In this document: positions 35,709 through 46,280 of the stretch, piece after piece | Layout of the letters: each line of letters opens with the position of its first letter | Numbering within the stretch: position 1 is the stretch's first letter | Assembly: GCA_950097015.1 (NCBI GenBank) | Contig: CATNEN010000033.1 | Location: forward strand, 992,001 to 1,056,000 | Source of the DNA: Macrostomum hystrix | Lineage: Eukaryota > Animalia > Platyhelminthes | DNA: 64,000 nucleotides | Direction of reading: 5' to 3' | Notes under the pieces: model-generated | Told to the model about the DNA's origin: nothing | The model's database searches: none | Seen by the model: only the letters and a program-made list of their open reading frames with translations | Translations under genes and position numbers: made by a program

Positions 35709-38205
35709 GTGACAAGTAGGGGCTTATGCATTGTGCTGGACACATAAATAATAATTTTACAGAAGTATATTTTACATACTATTTACAGACAAATATTTTA
35801 CAGACAAAAGCATTCAGACAATCCAATAAACGAACGCAGGTGAAGTAAATGTTAATTACAGTTACAGACTAGTATATAAGTATTTTAGAACTTTATATTT
35901 ATCATCATTAATTCTTAGAAAATTGGAGGTCTTAAATCTTCACTGACAAATATGCTGCCTGTGGCGTAAAACGTATTATTTTCAGATTTACATAAGTTTA
36001 AATTCTTAAACTGTACAATTTACCTCTAAATTGTGCTTTGCATCTTCATGAAGGAGCTATAATAGGCCTACTTGACTCTCTTGCAGACAAGTGAAACTAT
36101 AGTTTGTAAATTTACGGTGTTTATTGTATTAAAACTAACAATTATTTTTATTTTTTTTAGAAACGTATTTTCATTAACTTTCTAAACATTTTTATGTCCC
36201 TTTTTGCATACTAAGTCCAATAATTTACGCTTATAATATTATGTAGGTTAGCTATCTAATGTGCTCTGATTCAGTTTCGTCTATCGTGCTTGATTTAAAT
36301 AATCGGTATTATAAATAATTCACCTTTATAATAATATATATGATTATATTTATTAACCACATACATCGTATTTATGTTTCGATAATATTTTCAGAGTAGT
36401 CGAAGTTCAGAATTAAATAAGGCTTTCACTAAACCTGACGTTTGTGGTTCCAGTCTTCAGATCCTAAATATAGTTTCTGTTTAAATGACAGATTTCATTG
36501 TAATAAAATTATATATATTTTTTATTTTATTTATTGATTTCATTGATTTTTTAATCCTAGCCTAAGAAAATAATTTGAATATTTATTCAATTCAACGTGC
36601 AAAAATTATTATGACTCCTTTGTTGTTTGTTTCCTTTTCGATTTAATTATATACTGTTATATATTACTCCTTATGATTTGTGGCTTTATGTTTTTGGTGC
36701 TTAACAATATAACAGTAGACAATTGTGGCGAATATATTTTTTTTACAAAATATTTTATATATATGGATTCAAACATTTCCTTGTTGGCTGGTTGACATTC
36801 AGCTTAATTGAACACAGTGAACATACTTTAGTTGCCTTTGTTCACATGAGTTAAATTTGCTTGAAACTAATTTTTTTTATCGCAGTCGTAAATAACTAAC
36901 TCGAGGTTTATCTTCATGGTGCGCCTAGTGTCAGTACGTGGAACATGAAATAACCATCAAAGCAGCAAACGTGGAGACATTTTAGAATAGTCAAAATCTG
37001 ACATGCAAGTAGAATTTTGGCACCATAGAAATGCAAAATGGAAATCAGTGCTGAATTTGTGATAGGTGCAAATGTTATTCTTGTAATTTCTAGAGTAACA
37101 GAAGAGAAGCCACCTTAGGTTTAATCGAATCAAATTAGTGCGGAGGAAATTTTGTGCCTCGGTAAAGGAAAGATAAATTAGTCAAGGAACTATAAAAACA
37201 GTATCAGTCTACACGGCGTCTCTTAGCAACCGTGTGGTGCCATAGGCAACGTTCGAGCAGCTCTTGCCCTATGTTCCAAGTCTCGCAGCTGGACCTGCAG
37301 GCGGCGCAGTCGCAGTCTAGCTGATTCTTGAACTTCAGCGGCCTGAACGGGTAAATGCCGTTCCACTAAACAGTTTTCCACTCTCTTTGACGCTGGTGGC
37401 TCATGTGCTACTTGTTGATCGTTCGAGCTCATTATTGTCTTGGCAGCAGAATGATTATACTTGTATTTGCCCTCACATGTTCTGTGTTGGCTGCTCAGAT
37501 TTTCCGAAGAACTCTTGGCAGCCACCTTTTGTACAGCAAGAGATCGAGAGATTGTATTGATTTTTCCTTATTCTCTTTCTTTTTTCCTTTTCGGACAGAA
37601 ATCCCGTCAATTTTTGGGCTTTCATTATTTTCCCGTGCGCAGAAAACAGCTGCGTGGCAAATCCTCAATTCTCCCTTTCAGTTTTCTCCCGTAGCCCGTG
37701 AAGCTCGCGTTGCACCGGGTGTGCGAAATCTGGGAGCAGAAATTTTATTGCTTTAATGTACGTCCCACTCTTCGTTTCTCACTTGGGCTCTATCCTTATC
37801 TGCGTACTAATAAACCTCTCCCACTTCACCTCTGTCGAATGTACAAACTCAAAGTGCACTTCAAGCAACAGCTGATTCAATTATAGTTTCGATACAGTAA
37901 GCCCTACCTCAAGTTGAACCTTGCTTTTTTAATATGTAATCGCGAGAAAAATGAGTTGCCATTTCAAATAAGTCACTCAGAGAGCTATTTTGTAAAAGTT
38001 TTATCTACGGCTATAAAGGCACACCAATTTTGATTAAGTATTTCGTGTCAGACCGCAATCCAAATGATTCGATGCCTCTTAAACCTGATTAGACCTTGCT
38101 GTCAAAGTTTTGTTTATGAAAAAAAGTCAAACCATGCCTTTTTAAAGCCATTTGTTCATTGATTTTCGCGAGCTAGAAAGTACGTTTTTCGACCCGCTCC
38201 CGCAG

Positions 38206-39883
38206 TTCGTGTTCACTCCCAGCGGCCCGCACCGGGTCGGATCGCTCGACCTGCAGACCGGTCCGCCAGAGTCCGGCGGCATCCTGGCCCGCCTGTTCTA
38301 TCCCACTCTGACCGAGCCGGGCGCCGGGCATCCTTACACGGAGCCGGAGTACGCCCGCGGTCTTCTAACCTTCGCCAACTGGGGCTCCTGGCTGACGGCC
38401 TTCCTCTGCTGGGGCTTCAACCGACTGCGGCTCTGCTGCGCCTGGCAAGCGGAGCCGCTGCGCTCAGCGGGGCCGCTGCCAGTTGTTGTCTTCTCCCACG
38501 GCCTTGGAGGTCAGCGGCACATCTACTCGTCCCTCTGCCTCGAGCTGGCCTCGCACGGTTTCCTAGTAGCCGCTGTTGAGCATCGCGACGGCTCCGCTTC
38601 GATGTCGTTCAGCGTCGATTCCGACGGAGCTAGCCGCAGCTGGCTGCCCATGGAGCGCGGACCCCTCAACGACTTTCCGCGACGCAATGCGCAGGTACTG
38701 CGGCGATCCGCGGAGTGCATTCGCCTAACTGAGACTGTGCTGGCGTTGGGCTGCGGGCAGCCGCCCGTTGCCAACCGCCTGCCCGCTGGGCTGGGCGGCT
38801 GCCCCGACAGCCTGTTAGCCAAGTTCCAGGTTGGTTCAAGCCAGTCAGTCGCGTTCTCATTCTCTGCCTCGTTCAATACGACGATGTGGTTTTTAAAAAA
38901 GTCATTTACATTTCTTTCATGAAGGGCCTAATTGACCCGAACCGGATCCACCTGATGGGTCATTCATTTGGCGCGGCCACTTCGCTTACAACTCTTGCCA
39001 CAAATCCGGATGCTGTTTTTAAGTGAGCAAAATTGTTAGACGAAAGGAGTGAGGTGTGTAGGAGTGAGGTGTGTAGGTCTGTAGGAGTGGGGTGTGTAGG
39101 AGTCAGGTGTAGCAGTAAGGTGGGTGGAAGGAGTGAGAAGGGTGAAGAAGTGAGGTGGGTGGAAGGAGTGAGGTGGCTGGAAGGAGTGAGGAGGGTGAAG
39201 GAGTGAGGTGGGATAAAAAAGTGAGTTCGTTGGAAGTTTGTGGCAGCACGAGGTGGTCATGTTATCGCTTTCTGTTTAGAACCTGCAGCCTGTTGGACAT
39301 CTGGATGCACCCAGTAGACCCCCAGCACTATGTCGGAGTGAATATTCCTGTGCTCTTCCTTAGCAACGAGATATTCCACTGGGACACGAATGCCAAGCGG
39401 GTGCAGGAGGTGCTGGACAACATTGACCGAGCGGATATGAAGACGAACCTGAGCATCAGGTCAGTTGGCAATTTTAACTGCTATTGTCAGAATGGCCGGA
39501 TTTTCCGCCTAGCCTATATGTAAAGAAATAAGATATAACTTTTCGGCACTACAGAGGCGCCAACCACGCGGCTCAAACGGACGCTGGTCTCTACCTGTCG
39601 GCCTGGATGTCTAGGAGAATGGGCCTCGCCGACGCGACGCATCCGCGGTTGGCGTTGCTGCTAACTGCCAGCGTCTGTCGGGCCTTCATCTCCCGACACG
39701 AGGGTGAGCATAGCACGAGTTTGAGTAGAGGGATCTTATTGCCAATGTGGTGCATAGTAGACAGCGAATTCTTAACAATTTTAAGGACTCAAACTGTTTG
39801 AAGAAGACGAGGCGCTGCTCAGAGGCGAGCATCCCCACTGCTTCCCTGGCATGACAATCAAGCCGAACGCAAGTGGCGAGTAA
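38206..39883 (+). CDS. Platelet-activating factor acetylhydrolase (PLA2G7/PAFAH2 family); exons 38206-38829, 38925-39022, 39280-39459, 39555-39703, 39786-39883; no in-frame ATG at the 5' end
   Basis: GPHRVG, LARLFYP, PVVVFSHGLGG, LASHGFLVAAVEHRDGSAS, nucleophile GHSFG, LLDIWM (Asp) and RGANH (His); intron phases consistent; stop at 39881-39883. Confidence 0.92.
39040..39215. repeat. Degenerate G/A-rich repeat (GGAGTGAGG core) in PAF-AH intron 2
   Basis: Low-complexity periodic sequence. Confidence 0.7.
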
Positions 39884-40159
39884 GGTCTCTAATGCACTAC
39901 TTTCAAAGTTCAAAGTAGTGCGCTTGGTGCATAACGACAGAAATCTATATGATTGGAATCAGATTATTATTATTTTACCTGTGTCGTATCGTTGCTGTTC
40001 ATTCACTTTGTGATCATTTCGATTTTTAATATCCAATGAACGAACAAAACTAAATGGAAACAGAAAAAAATGTTATTTGCCTTCCTTTGAGGACTGACAC
40101 TCAAGTCACTCAAGCAACGGATTTTATTTCACTTTTTTACCTAATGAAGGACGTTTCAG

Positions 40160-40790
40160 ACATACCCGGCTGTCTGGTGACCTACCAGACTGTCATGTGA
40201 CATGCCCGACTGTCAGGTGACATGCCCAACTGTCAGGTGACATACCTGACTGTCAGGTGACCTACCAGACTTTCATGTGACATACCCGACTGTCAGGTGA
40301 CATATCCGACTGTCAGGTGACATACCCGACTGTCAGGTGACATACCCGACTGTCAGGTGACATACCCGACTGTCAGGTGACATACCCGACTGTCAGGTGA
40401 CATACCCGACTGTCAGGTGACATATCCGACTGTCAGGTGACATATCCGACTGTCAGGTGACATACCCGACCGTCAGGTGACATACCCGACTGTCAGGTGA
40501 CATACCCGACTGTCAGGTGACCTACCAGACTTTCATGTGACATACCCAACTGTCAGGTGACATATCCGACTGTCAGGTGACATATCCGACTTTCATGTGA
40601 CTTACCCGACTGTCAGGTGACCTACCAGACTTTCATGTGACATACCCAACTGTCAGGTGACATACCCGACTGTCAGGTGACATACCCGACTGTCAGGTGA
40701 AATACGCGACTGTCAGGTGACATACCCGACTGTCAGGTGACATACCCGACTGTCAGGTGACATATCCGACTGTCAGGTGACTGTCGGGTA
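40160..40790. repeat. 20-bp minisatellite GTCAGGTGACATACCCGACT
   Basis: About 31 copies, each containing TGTCA-GG-TGACA. Confidence 0.97.
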
Positions 40791-41479
40791 AAATACAGAT
40801 TTCAACCAGTATATATTATACCCTCCATTTGTTTCTAACTGGTGAATTAATAAACCAGCTACTAAATTATCAACGCATTAGGTTTCTACAAAATAAGTTT
40901 ACTGTTGACTTGGAAGATTCGATTCAGATAAATTAAAACAACAAATGATTCAAACAAAGTTTCGATTGGCGTTAGATTATCACAATGGCGGAAATTGCTA
41001 TAAATTGTATAGTACAATAAAATATAACAATGAGATTCAAAATAAAATACTTGTACATTCAAATTAAAGATTCCAACAGAAAGTGGGGACCAAAGTATGA
41101 TGACAAATAGATTTTGATTGACTATGTTACAAAAAACAATTTTGACATGCAACAATTAATAAGCAAATTTTATTGCATTATTTACCTTAGCAGCAGGTGA
41201 AACTAGACTTTTGAATCAAACTAAAGCTGAGAAAGCTAGCAGTAAAATAGAAAACATAAAAAGCATGCGATCGACACACTCTCTAATAAAAACTACAGTT
41301 TAAGACAGCGATCGGATATATAAAAAGACTAACCGAAAGCTGAACAGGTTCGAGGACCAGTTAACTAGATAAAACAAATAGATAAACCTGACAAAAGCAG
41401 CCAAGTAAGACATTTTCTATGAGGAATGCAATATTATTGGGATTAGATTACCGTAAGATGTCTACTTCCGACTGTACAA

Positions 41480-42056
41480 AAATGTACACAGGCTCTCAAC
41501 CAATCTAGACTAATGTACACAGGCTCACAATAATTCCAGACTAATGTACAGTCTCTCAACCAATCCAGACCAGTGTACAAAGGCTCTCAACCAGTCCAGA
41601 CTAATGTACACAGGCTCTCAACCAATCCAGACCAATGTACAAAGGCTCTCAACCAGTCCAGACTAATGTACACAGGCTCTCAACCAATCCAGACCAATGT
41701 ACAAAGGCTCTCAACCAGTCCAGACTAATGTACACAGGCTCTCAACCAGTCCAGACTAATGTACACAGGCTCTCAACCAGTCCAGACTAATGTACACAGG
41801 TTCTCAACCAATCCAGACCAGTGTACAAAGGCTCTCAACCAGTCCAGACTAATGTACACAGGCTCTCAACCAATCCAGACCAATGTACACAGGCTCTCAA
41901 CCAGTCCAGACTAATGTACACAGGCTCTCAACCAATCCAGACCAGTGTACAAAGGCTCTCAACCAATCCAGACTAATATACACAGGCTCTCAACCAATCC
42001 AGACCAATGTACACAGGCTCTCAACCAATCCAGACTAATGTACACAGGCTCTCAAC
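41480..42056. repeat. 31-bp minisatellite AGGCTCTCAACCAGTCCAGACTAATGTACAC
   Basis: About 18 copies. Confidence 0.96.
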
Positions 42057-42511
42057 TCTATCGAAAAAATCACATTTTCGGAGAAAAAGAGAGCAGCATA
42101 GCATTTAAGAGTTATAAATATATATAAGGCATCATACTTCAGTTGCTGCTTGTACTAACTCACAGTCGCTCAGTCAGCTTGTTATCAGGAGGTGATTGGC
42201 AGCTTGGACATGATTTTAACTCACAAAATACAATCAATCACACAAATTAATTTCAGACTACACAGCGGTGAAGCAGCTTATTAATAAAGAAAATACTTTT
42301 TACACAAACAACATAAAATGGAAGAAAATAAGACACACTCATCATAACATGTTCAGTCGTGACTAGATATAAAAAACACGAATTCTGACAATGCGCGTTA
42401 GTGGAAAAAAATGATAGTATTCAAATCATAAACATTACAAGCATTAATACTCACACTCCGTAAGTTCTCCTCAAAAAATGATTCAGACAACACACGACTG
42501 TCTAGCTGGGG

Positions 42512-43810
42512 CTAGTCCATGATGGGTAGGTCCTGGAATGAGTAGCCCTCGTGGCCGTGATAGGCTCGCAGTACGTAAACCAGGTGGTAAACTGAGGGTG
42601 AGTAAAGTGAAAATTGGCTATTTGTAATTCTATCATCATCGAATACTAATAAAATTCCTAAAATTAAATAACTCTAGCTCCAATTACCGAGTTCTAACAC
42701 ACAGTAGAAATACTTATAACTAATATCAGCTAAACTTACTGCCCGGAATAAAGATGATCACTCCGCCGACTATGAAGATGGCGCTGAAGTTCGGATGCGG
42801 CGGCGCAGTCAGTATGTAAACGCCTACTATTAGTAGCACTGTGGGAGAGTGGAAGTTCACGGAACAGGTTTATTGTGTGTACATGGCATGATGCAGGATA
42901 CTGACAAGATGCTGACATAACGCAAAAAGGTGACAAGTCTGCCCACTGTCAAGTTCTGAGGCCAATGCACTAAAAGTTAATCGAGGATGTCCTCCCGATC
43001 CATCCTCCTCTCGGTCGGGCTTCGATGCGGCCAGTGATCGTCAATGTTCCAATGATGTGCGCTGATGTCCTTCGACAAATGCCCAATTGACGACCGAGAA
43101 GCTGCCAGTCATCGCCACGCTCAAAAGCACTAACCAATCTCTGGCGATCCACCACCGAAATCTTCATATAAGGGCCTCTCTGAGCCATCTCAGTCTCAGT
43201 CTCTGTCTCTGTCTCAAGGCGAATTTCACGCAGCTTTAGCGAAAATTGGTTGCGGGAATCGGATATGTCTATGGGCCAAACCGGTTAAGGCTGAAGAAAG
43301 GCGTCACTTTGGCATTGGCAAAATAGACGCAGTTTTGGCAAAATTGGTCGCTGAAAGTTTCATGTCTATAGGTAACTTCTTGTTGGCTTACCAACGCCAA
43401 AAGTGCAGAAGAATGAGGACAGCAAAATGAGGCGGCAGTGATGCTGAATCTCCGGATGAGAGAGCCAGCTGAAGTTTAAATGAATAAAACAGTAAAGGAA
43501 AGTTGGCTAGAAGCTAAAATAATTATTCCGAATACTCACCCAGGCCCATACTTAAGCAGCGGCTCCTTAATAACATCCAGGCGCGACGAACCAGCTGAAC
43601 GATATGTTCGCCTTTTAAAACTGAACCTCGTGCTGGGCATTGGGCCAATGTCTGCCTGTTCGACACTAGAATTTGAAATGGTATGAATTACATGCGGAAT
43701 GTTACGTGACACTTTACTCAACAATCATCGTATTTGATTAATCAAATTATAAAAACAGCATCATTGGCTCACTCTTCTATTACTGCAGCATTCTGGGAGG
43801 TGCCAGGCAT
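42512..43810 (-). CDS. TMEM134: TMEM134-family membrane protein (139 aa); exons 43810-43773, 43665-43540, 43468-43392, 42838-42740, 42591-42512
   Basis: Spliced product ..WLSHPEIQHHCRLILLSSFFCTFGVVLLIVGVYILTAPPHPNFSAIFIVGGVIIFIPGIYHLVYVLRAYHGHEGYSFQDLPIMD matches human TMEM134 (WTQHPLIQKNRRVVL..SAIFFVPG..VPGVYHV..KGHRGFQF..LP). Four GT-AG introns with phases 2,2,1,1 total 420 nt. The first two exons are less certain. Confidence 0.82.
42970..43370 (-). mobile_element. Truncated Tc1/IS630-like transposase fragment (N-terminal HTH) in TMEM134 intron 3
   Basis: MAQRGPYMKISVVDRQRLVSAFERGDDWQLLGRQLGICRRTSAHII..GRIEARPRGG resembles a paired-type HTH; no DDE domain; imperfect direct repeats upstream. 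Confidence 0.55.
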
Positions 43811-45013
43811 GTCGCACACAATCTTAAAGTAGATTTTTTAAAGTTAATTTTACGTCAATTATAGGCAGCTACAAGAAATAATTTAGACACTGCTTACTCT
43901 ATTGATGGCAGCATCATTAAGTGCCTGGGCTCCATTTACAGTTCCATATTGAAATTGTGAGTCTTGAGACATCTCTAAGAGTAACTTTAGGATCTGGCTG
44001 AAACAATTAGAAAGTAGTTTTTAACAAAATGATAAGTACCTTGTGCACTAAGATAATTTTAAAACCTCTACTATTTATACATAAACCATATATGAACAAT
44101 TTTATTAATAATTTCTTAAAATTTAAAATTATGTTTAAACTTATGAAAAAAAAATTCTGTGAAGTAACTTGTTAGTGTGAAAAATACATTTTAGTAAAAA
44201 TGCTACTATAGCCAACACACTTATATTTTTATATGAAATATTTTCATTAACTCAATTTATATTTTTATAGCCTCAAAGTAGCATCACTAAGCCAAGGGCC
44301 ACACTTGTGCATTATTTAACTTATGCTCTATGCATGGTATTCTAAGTAATTATTTTAACTTGTAGCTAACTAAGTTTGTAAATATCTATTGCTGAATTTT
44401 TTTTTAAGTATGTTGGTGTTGATAGGGGTAGATCAAGGAAAACTAAAGGGTGGAAAAGGGATATAAAAATACCACAAAGGGCTACAGACTCCAAATTTTA
44501 ATCCTCCCTATTGGCACTCCCTAATAGCACCCTTATTGCCCCCTCACAGCAGCCTGTTGACACAATGGCAAGCTTTAAGTTAAGCCCCCCCCAAAAGAAA
44601 AGGCTGATAATAGGGCCTAGTTAGCTGACACAATTTTAGAAAAAAACTTATAAAATAAAAAAATGACATTCTTCTATTAGCCTACTATTCTACCTTGATT
44701 TTTTGTCTAGCAAAAAAAAACAAAATATATAAATCAAAAGGCCTAGAATTAAATCAAATTATAAAAATTGTGAATTCAATAGAGTTAGATTGATATAGTC
44801 CTTATTGTTATTATATCCTTAACCAGTAGGCCCTATCAATATCAATATCAATTACCTATGAGCTTACAAAGCCAGTTAGTTAAAGTAGGCCTAACCTTTA
44901 AAATTTAAATATCATAGGCCTATAGCAACAACTTTCTTAATATAGCTAAAAATGCTAGCTAGTTACTTAGTGAGACAATAACTATAATTAGAAAATTTAT
45001 CTACACTCACTGT

Positions 45014-45263
45014 CATACAGGTGCAACCTCCCAAATCTTAGCCGGCTGTGCAACTTAGTTTTTGCTCTATTTATGACTTAGTTTGCTCTCATTTGCTCTA
45101 TTTTTCTCTCCCCCTTTTCCTCTTCTTCATGCCTTCCTTTTTTGTCCCTTGGTCCCCCTTTGATTTTTTTGCACTTGGTTGATTGGTTTTTGCAACTTTC
45201 CTTGCTTGGCCCTCATTTCACCCGGCCGATTTGGCTGGGTCAGCCTGGTGTTGCGCATGTATG
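45014..45263. mobile_element. hAT-type MITE, family A copy 2
   Basis: CATACAGGTGCAAC / GTTGCGCATGTATG ends; perfect 8-bp TSD CTCACTGT. Confidence 0.9.
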
Positions 45264-46032
45264 CTCACTGTAATAATAATTTTATGTAATAGCAATAATA
45301 CTCTACTATACTTTAATTATTTAAGTAGCTTGTTTATTAACCTCTTGGCTTGAATACAAAAAGCCAAAATATGGCTAGGCCTAGGCCTGGATAATGTAAG
45401 ACACTTTCAGTTTTTGACAAGGCAATAAATAAATGTACTGACTCATAGAAGATGACAGCTATTGGGCTTATTAACTGTTTGCTAGTTTATTAAGGGCAGC
45501 ATAAAAGCAAACATATAGCTATTAAGTAAAACTAGGCCTATAATTAGTGTAATAGAGCGAAAATAAGCATACTGTATCTTGTATTTGAAATTCAATATTT
45601 TCTAAGAAACTAAAATTCAATTCCAATAAATGTTTTACTGCACCCGAATGTTTGTTTTACCGCACTCAATTGTTTTACTGCACCCGAATGTTTGTTTTAC
45701 TGCACCCGAATAATTTCGCACAAATGTTTGTTATAATTACAAGGTAGGGAAAATACTATAAATACATGAGAAGTGAGGGAAGGAAAACTTAACCTTGTCA
45801 AGAGCAGAAAATATCCAAAAGACTTGAAGGTTCAAATAAGTAATCTTTCAGATTAAGTGTTCATAAAAGAGTTATTCATTTGATATAAAGAGAGATATAA
45901 AGAAAGAGCTGTAATCCTTAGATCATTGGTAACACCTTAAAAGCGGACTAAACATAGCAAACCAGAACCTGCTTAACAAGCTAATATATAATTCTATACA
46001 ATTGTATGAAATAAGTACATTAGAACTCGGTT

Positions 46033-46259
46033 TGTAGAGGATCAGAACTCTAGCATATATTTGTGGGTAGCTCTCTAGCTTGCGAGCAGAAAGTTAAACA
46101 ACAAAACTCGCGCGACAAGTGCCTTCATCTAAGTCGCAACTGTGCGTCAGACTAAGGACCATAGACGATAACTAAGTCAACAAGGGTTTGGGGGAAACGA
46201 TGGCGATCAAGTGGCCTGGCAAAGTACTGGCCGAAATCTTCGCTTTTAGGTCCGCTACA
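46033..46259 (-). repeat. 3' LTR
   Basis: TGTAGAGGA...TCCGCTACA inverted termini; adjacent PPT CTGGGGGAGGGTGA at 46260-46273. Confidence 0.97.
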
Positions 46260-46280
46260 TCACCCTCCCCCAGCACGGCG

